Shown: piece after piece, positions 50,533-60,434 of the stretch
Position numbering within the stretch: the stretch's first letter is position 1
Layout of the letters: every line of letters begins with the position of its first letter
Source: an uncultured Gammaproteobacteria bacterium
GTDB taxonomy: Bacteria; Pseudomonadota; Gammaproteobacteria; PS1; Pseudothioglobaceae
NCBI GenBank assembly: GCA_902511025.1
Contig: CABXDP010000002.1
Span: 1,466 to 65,465 of the forward strand
Length of the DNA: 64,000 bases
Direction: 5' to 3'
Notes under the pieces: model-generated
Told to the model about the DNA's origin: nothing
What the model saw: the letters and a program-made list of their open reading frames with translations, nothing else
The model's database searches: none
Translations under genes and position numbers: made by a program

Positions 50533-50568
50533 AAAAAAAATGCCCGAATCTAATCAGGAAACGGGCAT
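50533..50568 (-). terminator. Putative hupB terminator immediately upstream of tRNA-Val
   Basis: Minus strand ATGCCCG..CGGGCAT followed by a T-run; a TATAAT box lies just 5' of the stem. Confidence 0.5.
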
Positions 50569-50590
50569 ATTATACTAACAAAAAATCTGT

Positions 50591-50863
50591 TTAGTTAACA
50601 GATTCCTTTAATAATTTTCCTGCCTTAAAAGCAGGTACATTTGATGCTGAAATTTGAATAGCTGCACCTGTTTGAGGGTTACGACCCGCGCGCGCAGCAC
50701 GTGCTCTAACTAAAAAACTACCAAAACCTGTAATGGCTACTGAGTCGCCATTTGCTAGTGCACCAGAGATTGCGCTAGTTGTTGCTTCTAAAGCGCGAGT
50801 AGCATCTGCTTTAGAGAGACCTGAGTTATCAGCAATTGCTGAAACTAAATCTGATTTATTCAT
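50591..50863 (-). CDS. hupB: HU DNA-binding protein
   Basis: MNKSDLV..GFGSF..RAARAGRNPQTG..PAFKAGK.LK. Confidence 0.97.
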   Translation of the reverse strand: MNKSDLVSAIADNSGLSKADATRALEATTSAISGALANGDSVAITGFGSFLVRARAARAGRNPQTGAAIQISASNVPAFKAGKLLKESVN

Positions 50864-51015
50864 TATCTTAACTCCTTAAATTTAAAAAGAATTTATTTTG
50901 AAACTAGAAGAATTAATTCTTAGTATCAAATTTGATTATCCATTTATAAACCCCCATGTCAAGCCACATTAAGGGTATTTAAAGAAAAAATTAAGACATG
51001 AAATCTTTAAAAAAA

Positions 51016-51537
51016 TTAGCTTTCATTTGCATCTAAGTGAGGCAAAAAATTTTCAATCCAATCTTTCTCAGTAATTTCACCAATATGCTTATGAATGATT
51101 AAGCCCTCTCTATTAATTAGAAAAGTTTCTGGCGTTGCATAAACTCCAAGCTCCATTCCAACTTGCCCTTTTGGATCAAAAATTATCTCATCAAAAGGGT
51201 TTCCCATAACCTTAAGGTAGTTCTCACCCTCACTTCTTGTATCTTTGTAATTAATACCAATCAGCTTCAGATCGTTATTTTTTGCAATATTCTTAATTAT
51301 CTGATGCTCTTTTCTACAGGTTACACACCACGAAGCCCATACGTTAATAAGTGAAACCTGCCCACTTATAAGATTATTAAATTTAACAACTTCATTGGTA
51401 TAAAAATCAGCGCCTTCAATTTCTGGAAAAATCTTACCAACCAAGGGTGAGGGGAGCTTATCTGGGTTTGAATTTAAGCTTAAAAATAAAAAAATACCAA
51501 TCACCAAAAAAACTAAAAGAGGAACTATCTTTTTCAT
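51016..51537 (-). CDS. ccmG: Thiol:disulfide interchange protein CcmG/DsbE
   Basis: LPSPLVGK, NVWASWCVTC, GINYKD, GVYATPETF. Confidence 0.93.
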   Translation of the reverse strand: MKKIVPLLVFLVIGIFLFLSLNSNPDKLPSPLVGKIFPEIEGADFYTNEVVKFNNLISGQVSLINVWASWCVTCRKEHQIIKNIAKNNDLKLIGINYKDTRSEGENYLKVMGNPFDEIIFDPKGQVGMELGVYATPETFLINREGLIIHKHIGEITEKDWIENFLPHLDANES

Positions 51538-51992
51538 TCTTTTGACTCTAAGGATTCGAGTGCTGCTGCAACCTCAGGTGGCATGTAGTTCTCATCATGT
51601 TTTGCTAGAACTTGAGTTGCATTAAATGTCCTGCTACATTTCATACCTGCCCATGCCTTGATGCATTCTTTATCAATTGATCCACTTGCCACAACCCCTT
51701 GTCCTTCTCTAAATAAATCAGGCAATATGCCCTCATAAGAGACCTCAATTGATTCTAAGTTATCAGTTACAGAAAATTTGACGATCATCCCATCCCGCTC
51801 AACGCTACCATCCTCAACAAGACCTCCAACTCTAAAGCTTTTATCGTTAGGGGCTTTTCCAGTCATAATATCTGAGGGTGTATAGAAATATAATAAGTTC
51901 TCACTAAAAGCTTTTATTCCGAGGTATCCAGCTAAAAAAACTCCAGACACAAGAAGCCCGACTAGCATCATTCGATTATGTCTTTTTGTCAT
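51534..51992 (-). CDS. ccmE: Heme chaperone CcmE
   Basis: YFYTPS, RVGGLV, LPDLFREGQGVV, AKHDENYMPPE. Confidence 0.97.
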   Translation of the reverse strand: MTKRHNRMMLVGLLVSGVFLAGYLGIKAFSENLLYFYTPSDIMTGKAPNDKSFRVGGLVEDGSVERDGMIVKFSVTDNLESIEVSYEGILPDLFREGQGVVASGSIDKECIKAWAGMKCSRTFNATQVLAKHDENYMPPEVAAALESLESKE

Positions 51993-52159
51993 TTAATTCT
52001 TGAATATTTATTTGATAGAGACGATAAAGTATTGAAGTGATTGCGCCTTGCTGTCACAAAAAGAGCAATGATTGTTAATGCCGAAATGCCATAAGCAAGC
52101 CATACATAGAATGCATATTTACCATAAGGAAGAAAAGAAAAAAACTCTATCATAGTCAT
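51989..52159 (-). CDS. ccmD: Heme exporter protein CcmD (missing from the ORF track)
   Basis: MTMIEFFSFLPYGKYAFYVWLAYGISALTIIALFV..; ATGA overlaps with both ccmC and ccmE. Confidence 0.9.
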   Translation of the reverse strand: MTMIEFFSFLPYGKYAFYVWLAYGISALTIIALFVTARRNHFNTLSSLSNKYSRIK

Positions 52160-52893
52160 GACATTAAACTCCTTACTTCCTCTTCAACCCATCGAGAGTT
52201 TTGCTCACGAATGATCACCTCAGTTCTTGCCTTGATTGTAACCAATAGTGCATACAGTAAAATTGATGCCACAAACATAAGGGCTAATGCAATCTGCATA
52301 TCAGGATCTTTAATGCCTCCTGTACCAACTGAATAACCCTGATGAAGTGTATTCCACCACTTCACAGAATAATGAATTATTGGCAGATTTATAAGGCCAA
52401 CGATAGCAAGAATTGAGCTTGATTTAGCCGCTGTTCTAGGATTATCAAATGCGCTATTCAAGGACATGTAGGCCAGGTATAAAAATAGTAAAACAAGTTC
52501 CGAAGTAAGCCTTGCATCCCACACCCACCATGCGCCCCACATAGGTTTACCCCATATTGCCCCTGTTGCCAAAGCAATAACTGTAAATCCAGCTCCAATT
52601 GGTGCTGAAACTTTTGCAACTACCTCAGCCATCTTGATTTGCCAAATAAGTCCAATACCCCCAGCAATGGCCATCACAGCATAAACCATCATTGAAAGTA
52701 TGGCGCTTGGAACATGAATAAAAATTATTCTATAGCCATCGCCCTGCTGGTAATCAGCAGGTGAGATAACAAGAGACCAATATAAACCAACTATTAGTAA
52801 AGTTATAAAAGGCCAAAAAAACCAAGGAACTAGTCTATTGCAAGTGTGATAAAAAACCTTTGGAGAGGCCTGTCTTTGAATCCATTTCCACAT
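52156..52893 (-). CDS. ccmC: Heme exporter protein CcmC
   Basis: IFIHVP, WGKPMWGAWWVWDARLT, WWNTLHQ. Confidence 0.97.
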   Translation of the reverse strand: MWKWIQRQASPKVFYHTCNRLVPWFFWPFITLLIVGLYWSLVISPADYQQGDGYRIIFIHVPSAILSMMVYAVMAIAGGIGLIWQIKMAEVVAKVSAPIGAGFTVIALATGAIWGKPMWGAWWVWDARLTSELVLLFLYLAYMSLNSAFDNPRTAAKSSSILAIVGLINLPIIHYSVKWWNTLHQGYSVGTGGIKDPDMQIALALMFVASILLYALLVTIKARTEVIIREQNSRWVEEEVRSLMS

Positions 52894-52919
52894 AAATATA
52901 TGCAGTTACAAAAAAGGAC

Positions 52920-53576
52920 TTATTTTAATGATTTTTTGGCCACATTGTTTCGTAAATAAATAGGCTTTGGAAGTTCCAAAGTTCCCTTTAGACCAGTATT
53001 CATTGCCCTAAGTGATAATTCTATTAGTGCTGACGATTCTGGTTTGATTGCTAGATCAATGTTAGTAATATTTGATGCGAATTTTAATTTTTCATTGTAC
53101 GCACTCCAGCCACTTCCAACTCCAACAAAACTTTGATCTAAATGATCAGCCTCTTCAGGATTGCATATTTTCATACTACCTATCAATCCATCGACAAAAG
53201 TTGCCCAATAAACCTCGCCCATTCTGGCATCTAATGCAATAGCTATTTTGTTTGTTTTTAGAATTTGTGAGGCACCAAACCCAACCAGCTCTAATGTTGT
53301 AAAACCCATGGTAGGAATCTCCATTGACAACGATAATCCTTGAACTATGCCAATACACATTCTAACCCCAGTAAATGAGCCAGGACCTTGAGAATAGGAA
53401 ACTAAATCAACCTCTCTGAGTTGCGATTGTGACTCTTCAAACACCTCATCACAAAGCTTTAAAATATGTCCAGAAGTTTTATCAATACCGGACAACTCTC
53501 TACTATAACTCTCTCCAGACTTTGACAATGTAACGGATGCTATTTCTGTGCAAGTATCTATCGCTAATATATTCAA
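52920..53576 (-). CDS. tsaB: tRNA threonylcarbamoyladenosine biosynthesis protein TsaB
   Basis: ILAIDT, GPGSFTGVR, DARMGEVY, PIYLR. Confidence 0.95.
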   Translation of the reverse strand: MNILAIDTCTEIASVTLSKSGESYSRELSGIDKTSGHILKLCDEVFEESQSQLREVDLVSYSQGPGSFTGVRMCIGIVQGLSLSMEIPTMGFTTLELVGFGASQILKTNKIAIALDARMGEVYWATFVDGLIGSMKICNPEEADHLDQSFVGVGSGWSAYNEKLKFASNITNIDLAIKPESSALIELSLRAMNTGLKGTLELPKPIYLRNNVAKKSLK

Positions 53577-54241
53577 TTTATAATTCTCTTGTATTTATTA
53601 TGCATCGACAAAATCATGTTGATGCGCTTATTAAGTCTCTCAGGAAAGTTATCTGGGTTATAGTATGAAGGTCCTTTTAATAAAGCAACAAGAGTTGCCA
53701 TTTCCTTTAAACTCAAATCTTCAACATTTTTATTAAAGTAAAAAAGACTTCCACTTGCAAAGCCATGGAAAGCTTCATCCCCTTTTTGAGCTAAATATAC
53801 CGTATTCATATACCTCTCAAGAATTAAATCTTTCTCAAAAGACACCTCCAAAAGAATTGCCATCAGGGCTTCTTCTGATTTTCTGGATAAGGTTTTTTCT
53901 CTTGATAATAAAGAGTTTTTAATCAGCTGCTGAGAGATGGTACTTGCTCCTCTTAATGCTTTATCCTCAAACAAATAACCATAGATGACTCTGGTAATCT
54001 CTTTTAGGTCGACGCCGTGATGTGAGTAAAAAGATTGATCTTCAACCAAAAGCAACATATTAATTAAATCTTTTGGATAATTGTCAAGCGAATACTGAAT
54101 CTGAGTAACATTTTTTAGAGGTTTTAGTGGATTTGAAAATTCAGCCTTAACTTTGCTATTTAAGTGAAAAATATAAAAAGTCAAAATGAGTAATAAAAGA
54201 ATGGCCAAACTCTTTAAGGACCTTTTGCTAACTGATCGCAT
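53573..54241 (-). CDS. Stand-alone peptidoglycan transglycosylase (GT51) domain protein
   Basis: EDQSFYSHHGVD, GASTISQQLIKN, RKSEE, KGPSYYNP; no transpeptidase domain. Confidence 0.88.
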   Translation of the reverse strand: MRSVSKRSLKSLAILLLLILTFYIFHLNSKVKAEFSNPLKPLKNVTQIQYSLDNYPKDLINMLLLVEDQSFYSHHGVDLKEITRVIYGYLFEDKALRGASTISQQLIKNSLLSREKTLSRKSEEALMAILLEVSFEKDLILERYMNTVYLAQKGDEAFHGFASGSLFYFNKNVEDLSLKEMATLVALLKGPSYYNPDNFPERLNKRINMILSMHNKYKRIIN

Positions 54242-54902
54242 TTTTAAGACTCTTTATAGACTCAACATCAGTATATCTATCAGCATTTTTGTGAATAGAG
54301 CAGGATGAATGGATCCAATCAAAGTGATAGCTATTGAGTATTTGTATAGCAGTTATAGAGTTGATTCCTGATCCTGGCATTACTTCAATTTTTCCAGATG
54401 CTAGCAATTGCATATCAGACAAAACTGACAATCCCTCCAAAGCGCTCTTCTCTCCTCCTGATGACAAAATAGTATCAAAACCTAGCTCAATGCCCACCTG
54501 AACAGATTCAATTGTTTTATGCATTGTGTCTACAGCTCTATGAAGGGTTTTTTTTAGATTATTAGAATTAGAAATTAATTCTTCTAAAAGATCTTGATCA
54601 AGACTGCCATTAGGTAATGTCGCGCCAAACACAACACCCTCAATATTGAAAGATTGAACCATATCGATATCACCTTGCATTTGTTTTAACTCTTCAGAAG
54701 AATAAATAAAGTTACCTTTTCTAGGCCTGATCATTGATCTTGATAGAATGTCGCACTCTGAGGCAAGTTTTAAAACCTCTAATGATGGTGTTAATCCGCC
54801 ACAGTCTAATGAACTACAGAGTTCAATTCGGTCAGCACCTCCCTCAACAGCCGCATCAATTCCAAAGCAGCTGTCTATGCAGATTTCAAGATTAGTTATC
54901 AT
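54228..54902 (-). CDS. cutC: Copper homeostasis protein CutC family
   Basis: LEICIDS, GADRIELC, GGLTPS, MIRPR.G.F.Y, TLHRA. Confidence 0.93.
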   Translation of the reverse strand: MITNLEICIDSCFGIDAAVEGGADRIELCSSLDCGGLTPSLEVLKLASECDILSRSMIRPRKGNFIYSSEELKQMQGDIDMVQSFNIEGVVFGATLPNGSLDQDLLEELISNSNNLKKTLHRAVDTMHKTIESVQVGIELGFDTILSSGGEKSALEGLSVLSDMQLLASGKIEVMPGSGINSITAIQILNSYHFDWIHSSCSIHKNADRYTDVESIKSLKNAIS

Positions 54903-54989
54903 AAATTCAAGTTTATATTAATGCTGGGCATAATGCGATAAGAACAGTAATTAATAAATAAATGGAGAGTAACTAGTATAAAATAACCA

Positions 54990-55046
54990 CTTCCTTGCTT
55001 GACCGACACATGTTGGCAAGCTTTTTTAATCCATAAGGAGATGTAG
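54990..55046 (+). promoter_or_regulatory. S6:S18 ribosomal-protein leader (autoregulatory RNA)
   Basis: CTTCCTTGCTT-(hairpin)-AAGC..AATCCATAAGGAG; the CCTT segment can pair with the AAGG Shine-Dalgarno, matching the known rpsF leader layout. Confidence 0.7.
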
Positions 55047-55430
55047 ATGAGACATTATGAGGTCACACTCATTGTTCATCCTGATCAAAGTTCTCAGGTG
55101 ACAACAATGATTGAAAAATATAAAGAACTGATCACCTCGGTTGGTGGTATTGTTCATAGAGATGAGGACTGGGGTCGTAAACACCTAGCCTACCCAATCA
55201 ACAAGATTTATAAAGCACATTATTTAATGATGAATATCGAGTGTGACAAAGAAACACTCGACAAATTAAACTATAACTTCCGTTTCAATGACGCTATTCT
55301 TCGAAACTTAATTATTTCTAAGAAAGAAGCTATCACTGAACCATCAATAATGGTCACGGAAGCTGACAAAGAAAAAGTCAAAGACCAAGGCAAAGAGATG
55401 GCTTCGGTTCAAGGCTCTGATCAGAAATAG
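55047..55430 (+). CDS. rpsF: 30S ribosomal protein S6
   Basis: [31 protein letters not shown]. Confidence 0.98.
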   Translation: MRHYEVTLIVHPDQSSQVTTMIEKYKELITSVGGIVHRDEDWGRKHLAYPINKIYKAHYLMMNIECDKETLDKLNYNFRFNDAILRNLIISKKEAITEPSIMVTEADKEKVKDQGKEMASVQGSDQK

Positions 55431-55439
55431 GAGGAAGTA

Positions 55440-55697
55440 ATGGCTAAAAAACAAGTAACTAAAAGACGTAAGTTTCAAATTCCCATCAATCGCTTTTGTC
55501 GCTTTACTAAAGCTGGTTTTAAAGAGATTGATTACAAAGATGTGGATATACTTCTAAAAAATATTGATGAAAGTGGGAAAATTACCCCTTCAAGGATTAC
55601 TGGAACTTCTGCAAAGTTTCAAAGACAATTGACCACTGCGATCAAGAGAGCTAGATTTCTGGCGCTGATTCCATACACTGATAAACACAAAAAATAG
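55440..55697 (+). CDS. rpsR: 30S ribosomal protein S18
   Basis: [31 protein letters not shown]. Confidence 0.98.
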   Translation: MAKKQVTKRRKFQIPINRFCRFTKAGFKEIDYKDVDILLKNIDESGKITPSRITGTSAKFQRQLTTAIKRARFLALIPYTDKHKK

Positions 55698-55705
55698 GAG
55701 GCCTT

Positions 55706-56161
55706 ATGCAAGTAATTTTGTTAGAAAAAAATGAAAAACTAGGTAACCTTGGTGATATCGCAAACGTTAAGTCTGGATATGCTCGTAATTACCTTATCCC
55801 TCAAGGAAAAGCTAAGCCTGCAAACAAAGCTAATATGGCTATTTTTGAAACGCTTCGAGCTGAGCTAGAGGCTAAAGAAGCTGCTGCTTTATCAGACGCG
55901 CAGACTCAAGAGACTGCAATGAAAGATGTTGTCTGCACAATTTCTGCGAATGCGGGTGAAGAAGGAAAGCTTTATGGATCCGTCAGCCCTACAGACATTG
56001 CTGAAAATCTTTTGGAGCAAGGTTTCGAAGTTGAAAAAAGAGATATCAACATGCCTGAAGCCATTAGAAACACTGGTGAGTATGAAATTACAGTTTCTCT
56101 TTATGCAGAGGTTGTGGTTCCAGTTAAGGTTATCGTTATTGCTGCTACTGATACAGAATAA
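55706..56161 (+). CDS. rplI: 50S ribosomal protein L9
   Basis: MQVILLE..LG..GD..VKSGYARNYLIPQGKA, GKLYGSV. Confidence 0.98.
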   Translation: MQVILLEKNEKLGNLGDIANVKSGYARNYLIPQGKAKPANKANMAIFETLRAELEAKEAAALSDAQTQETAMKDVVCTISANAGEEGKLYGSVSPTDIAENLLEQGFEVEKRDINMPEAIRNTGEYEITVSLYAEVVVPVKVIVIAATDTE

Positions 56162-56187
56162 CCCAATCCAATTCAGTTATCTGAGTT

Positions 56188-56223
56188 AAAATAAAAAGCC
56201 CTCGTTGAGGGCTTTTTATTTTT
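56188..56223 (+). terminator. Rho-independent terminator after rplI
   Basis: AAAAAGCCCTC-gtt-GAGGGCTTTTT. Confidence 0.9.
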
Positions 56224-56236
56224 CTAATTCATAGTA

Positions 56237-57679
56237 ATGGATATTGATAACGCAAAAATACCACCTAACTCAGTGGACTCAGAGCAGTCTGTTCTTGGCG
56301 GGTTATTGCTTCACAATGATTCTTGGGATAGTGTCGTTAATATTCTTGGATCTGATGACTTTTATCAAACCTCACATCGCATCATTTATGATGCAATTGT
56401 GACTCTATTAGAGCATGACAAACCAGCAGATATTCTTACAGTAAAAGAGCAAGTCATAAAGTCTCATGACGAAGAATCGATTGGAGGCTTTGCTTACCTT
56501 GCTCAGATAGCTGAGAACACCCCAAGCGTATCAAATATTGAGGCTTATGCAAAGCATGTTCGCGAGCTCTCAATCTACAGGCAACTTACAAAAATTGGTA
56601 AAGAACTTGCCGATACCGCCTTTAATCCAAAAGACATTGAGGTGAATGACCTTCTCGACCTTTCAGAGAGAAAAATATTTGAGATAGCTGAACAGGTGAG
56701 TCGAAACAAGCAAGAAATCACAAACGTCAAAGACATCATTAAAGATGTCGTTAATCGTGTTCATGAGATGCAAGAATTAAAGGGCTACAAGGGTGCAGAA
56801 ACTGGCTTTTCTGAGTTTGATAAACTCACGTCAGGACTTCAAAATGGTGACTTAATTATTATCGCTGGCAGACCTAGTATGGGCAAAACTGCTCTATCGA
56901 TGAATATTGTTGAACATGTAGCAATCCAAAATTCAACTCCTGTTGCGGTATTTAGTTTAGAGATGCCAACTGAGCAGTTAGTGATTAGAATGATCTCATC
57001 CTTTGGAAGAATCGATTCCAGCAAATTGCGAGATGGTGACATGTCAGAAATTGATTGGAATAGTTTCAACCATGCTGTCAGAGCATTTGAAGAAAACACA
57101 ATTTTGATTGACGAAACCCCCTCAATCACACCAACAGAAATTAGAGCCAAATGCAGAAGGCTTAAAAGAAGATATCCAGACCTAGGCCTTATCATGGTCG
57201 ACTATCTTCAACTCATGACAGTGCACGGCAAGTCAGAAAATCGTGTTCAAGAAATTTCAGAAATATCTCGATCCCTCAAGTCACTTGCTAAAGAGATCAA
57301 TGTGCCCGTTATTGCCCTTTCTCAGCTCAATCGAGGAGTTGAATCTAGAGCTAAAACTGGCAAAGGCAGAATCCCACAGATGGCTGATTTAAGAGAGTCT
57401 GGATCGATTGAGCAGGATGCCGATATTATCGGCTTCATTTATCGAGATGAGGTATATCATGATGATACGTATACCAACCCAGAAGAGGTAGGAAAGGCTG
57501 ATTTAAGAATAGCCAAGCATCGAAACGGTGCTACCGGTAATATTAAACTCGCCTTTGTTGGCCAATACTCAAGGTTTGAAGATTTGGCCTTTGAAGATAG
57601 ATTCCAGGGTGTCAGTGATGATCAAATGGACGCCTCATACATTAACAATATGACAAATTTTGATCAGGGTGATTTTTAA
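56237..57679 (+). CDS. dnaB: Replicative DNA helicase
   Basis: EQSVLGG, AGRPSMGKT, FSLEM, VDYLQL, LSQLNR, DLRESGSIEQDAD. Confidence 0.99.
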   Translation: MDIDNAKIPPNSVDSEQSVLGGLLLHNDSWDSVVNILGSDDFYQTSHRIIYDAIVTLLEHDKPADILTVKEQVIKSHDEESIGGFAYLAQIAENTPSVSNIEAYAKHVRELSIYRQLTKIGKELADTAFNPKDIEVNDLLDLSERKIFEIAEQVSRNKQEITNVKDIIKDVVNRVHEMQELKGYKGAETGFSEFDKLTSGLQNGDLIIIAGRPSMGKTALSMNIVEHVAIQNSTPVAVFSLEMPTEQLVIRMISSFGRIDSSKLRDGDMSEIDWNSFNHAVRAFEENTILIDETPSITPTEIRAKCRRLKRRYPDLGLIMVDYLQLMTVHGKSENRVQEISEISRSLKSLAKEINVPVIALSQLNRGVESRAKTGKGRIPQMADLRESGSIEQDADIIGFIYRDEVYHDDTYTNPEEVGKADLRIAKHRNGATGNIKLAFVGQYSRFEDLAFEDRFQGVSDDQMDASYINNMTNFDQGDF

Positions 57680-57736
57680 TCAAGTATTTTAGTTAGAATT
57701 CAATATGAAGCGCGCTCGTGAAATTAAAATGTTAGA

Positions 57737-58204
57737 TTGAAGATGAATGACCAGATACAGACCAAACTCATTTACAACAAAGAAAAAGTAACTTATTCCA
57801 GTTTATCAGAGGTTTTTGAACTTAATTATAAAAAAATATCAAGGCTAGTCCCCCTACTTCCATCGGTCAAGGATAATCTAGTTGGAATCAAAAAAACTTC
57901 CAATGACCTCTATCTGATTTGTCACGAAAAATCTAAATATACTGGCACTTACACTCTAACACACAAAATTCAGTCGTCTCAAGGAGTTATTAATAGACCC
58001 GATATTCGATTCAAAATCTATTTTGATGCAAAGCTTTTGGAGGTTGTTTCAATTTGTAACGAGACAAGGATTAATTCTTATCATCCATTAATCAATGACT
58101 GTAGCGACTTATCATTCCAATTAGAACTCAATGTCTTCATGCTTAGATGGCTTGACTACTGCTTGGATAGGTACAATGGGGCAGAATGGCAAGCAAGACA
58201 ATAA
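57737..58204 (+). CDS. DUF1249 (YqiB-like) protein
   Basis: E.NY, KYT, P...IYFDAKLLEV, LN.F...WLDYCL; the ATG at 57743 is an alternative start. Confidence 0.75.
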   Translation: MKMNDQIQTKLIYNKEKVTYSSLSEVFELNYKKISRLVPLLPSVKDNLVGIKKTSNDLYLICHEKSKYTGTYTLTHKIQSSQGVINRPDIRFKIYFDAKLLEVVSICNETRINSYHPLINDCSDLSFQLELNVFMLRWLDYCLDRYNGAEWQARQ

Positions 58205-59088
58205 AATCAGAGAACAGTAAATTAGTCATTGCAATCTCCTCAAGGGCTTTGTTTGATCTCGACCACTCCCATAAAATTTTTAAAGAGGAGGGTATTGAGG
58301 CATATGCAAGGCATCAGCAAGAGAATGAGCATGTCGTCTTAGAACCCGGAGTAGGATTTACTTTAGTAAAAAAATTACTAAAGCTAAACAGTAAAAAAAC
58401 CCCGATCGATGTCATTCTTCTGTCAAGAAACAGTGCTGATACTGGTCTTAGAATTTTTAACTCTATAGAGCATTACGGTCTCAATATTTCTAGAGCCGCT
58501 TTTACTCGTGGCGAGAGCACTCACCCTTTCGTTGGAGCTTTTGAAGCTGATTTATTCTTATCAAGTAACTACAATGATGTACAAAAAGCACTGCAGTCAG
58601 GGTATGCAGCAGCATCCATCGTGGAGTCAAAGTCCAAAAATAGCCACCCTTCACAGCTCAGAATAGCTTTCGATGGAGACGCTGTTATTTTCTCAGATGA
58701 AGCGGAGAGAATTTTCCAGGAGAAAGGACTAGAGGCTTTTCATGAAAACGAAGTTTTGTCTGAAAAAATTGAACTTAAAGCGGGACCTTTCAAGTCTTTC
58801 TTGTTGTCACTCCAAAAAATTCAGTCTACTTTCCCAGAGGAAGACAATCCAATAAGGACAGCCCTAGTGACGGCAAGGTCTGCCCCATCACACAAAAGGG
58901 TAATCCATACGATGAGAAAATGGGGTATTCGTATTGATGAATCATTCTTTCTGGGTGGGCTTGATAAAGGAGTCTTTTTAAGGCAATTCGCAGCAGACAT
59001 TTTTTTTGATGATCAGCAGCAGCACTGTGACTCTGCCTCTCAATACGTTCCAACAGGTCATGTCCCAAGTGGAATAAAAAATAGTTGA
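58186..59088 (+). CDS. 5'-nucleotidase (cN-I-like family)
   Basis: LVIAISSRALF, LRIAFDGDAVIFSDE, RTALVTAR, IFFDDQ. Confidence 0.93.
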   Translation: MASKTIKSENSKLVIAISSRALFDLDHSHKIFKEEGIEAYARHQQENEHVVLEPGVGFTLVKKLLKLNSKKTPIDVILLSRNSADTGLRIFNSIEHYGLNISRAAFTRGESTHPFVGAFEADLFLSSNYNDVQKALQSGYAAASIVESKSKNSHPSQLRIAFDGDAVIFSDEAERIFQEKGLEAFHENEVLSEKIELKAGPFKSFLLSLQKIQSTFPEEDNPIRTALVTARSAPSHKRVIHTMRKWGIRIDESFFLGGLDKGVFLRQFAADIFFDDQQQHCDSASQYVPTGHVPSGIKNS

Positions 59089-59168
59089 GGTGAAAACTTG
59101 GTTGCTGCTTAAGGCTCATCGTCAAATATAATTGGTAAAATAAGATTAATTACACCTAGAGACTATTG

Positions 59169-60434
59169 ATGTCAAAAAAAATTCAAGCTATCCGTGGTAT
59201 GAATGATCTTCTGCCTGCAGATTCTCAAATCTGGAGTTTTTTGGATAGCACAATCAACAATCTTCTTCTCTCTTATGGATATAAATACTGTCGTACTCCA
59301 AACGTTGAGAGCACTGAAACCTTTTCTAGGGCAATTGGAGAGGTGACAGATATTGTTGAAAAAGAAATGTATACCTGGAAGGACAACAATGGAGACTCTT
59401 TGACACTGAGGCCTGAAGGAACAGCCGGTGTGGTCAGAATGATGATTGAACACAACTTACCGAGGGAAGGCATCCAGAAAGTTTTTTATAGCGGCCCAAT
59501 GTTTAGACATGAGCGACCCCAAAAGGGAAGATATCGTCAATTTCACCAGGTCGGTGCTGAAGTTTTTGGAGCGTTGGACGCCAAAATTGACGCTGAACTC
59601 ATTTCTATCACTGACATCCTTTGGAAATCATTAAAAATCAATGCTCAGCTTGAAATTAACTCTCTTGGGTCGACAGCGAGTCGAGCACTATATCGAGAAA
59701 CCTTGACTAGATACTTTAATGACAATAAAGATAGACTTGATGAGGACAGCTCAAGAAGACTAAAGACAAACCCATTAAGAATTCTGGATAGCAAGAACAA
59801 GGATTTAGAAGCATTAATCTCTGAAGCACCTAAAATGATTGATCATCTTGATAAGGAGTCAAACAAACACTTTGAAGCCTTAAAAAATTATCTAGAACAT
59901 CTTGACATTCCATATACGGTTAATACAAAACTCGTAAGAGGGCTCGACTACTACAATCAAACTGTTTTTGAATGGGTATCAGATGAGCTTGGATCTCAAG
60001 GGACAATCTGCGGAGGAGGGAGGTATGATGGCCTAGTTGAAAAAATGGGGGGCAACCCAACGCCAGCTATTGGTTTTGCTATGGGTCTTGAGAGAATTGC
60101 CCTTCTCATTCAAGATAAATACAAAGAACTTTTCTCAGACAGACCTCATTTATACTTTTTGTCTATGGGTGAGAGCGCTCATTGTGAATCAATGAAGCTA
60201 TCAAGACAAATTCTTGAAGTAATGCCACACATTACTATTACAAATGATATAACCATGGGCAATCTTAAAAGCCAGATGAAAAAAGCTAACAAGTCTGGAG
60301 CCGACTACGCAATGATACTTGGAGATGAAGAGTTAGCTAAAAATGTTTTGAGTTTTAAGCCCTTAAAGGGCCAAGGAGTTCAGCAATCAATCGAACTTGA
60401 GGGTATCATTCAGCATCTTCAGGAGATTTTATGA
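59169..60434 (+). CDS. hisS: Histidine--tRNA ligase
   Basis: LRPEGTAG, FRHERPQKGRYRQF, VRGLDYY, GGGRYD. Confidence 0.99.
   Translation: MSKKIQAIRGMNDLLPADSQIWSFLDSTINNLLLSYGYKYCRTPNVESTETFSRAIGEVTDIVEKEMYTWKDNNGDSLTLRPEGTAGVVRMMIEHNLPREGIQKVFYSGPMFRHERPQKGRYRQFHQVGAEVFGALDAKIDAELISITDILWKSLKINAQLEINSLGSTASRALYRETLTRYFNDNKDRLDEDSSRRLKTNPLRILDSKNKDLEALISEAPKMIDHLDKESNKHFEALKNYLEHLDIPYTVNTKLVRGLDYYNQTVFEWVSDELGSQGTICGGGRYDGLVEKMGGNPTPAIGFAMGLERIALLIQDKYKELFSDRPHLYFLSMGESAHCESMKLSRQILEVMPHITITNDITMGNLKSQMKKANKSGADYAMILGDEELAKNVLSFKPLKGQGVQQSIELEGIIQHLQEIL

Noticed and set aside
54228-54902. cutC as choline trimethylamine-lyase linked to the methylamine theme
   Set aside because: Name collision only; this is the small TIM-barrel copper-homeostasis CutC, not the glycyl-radical enzyme.
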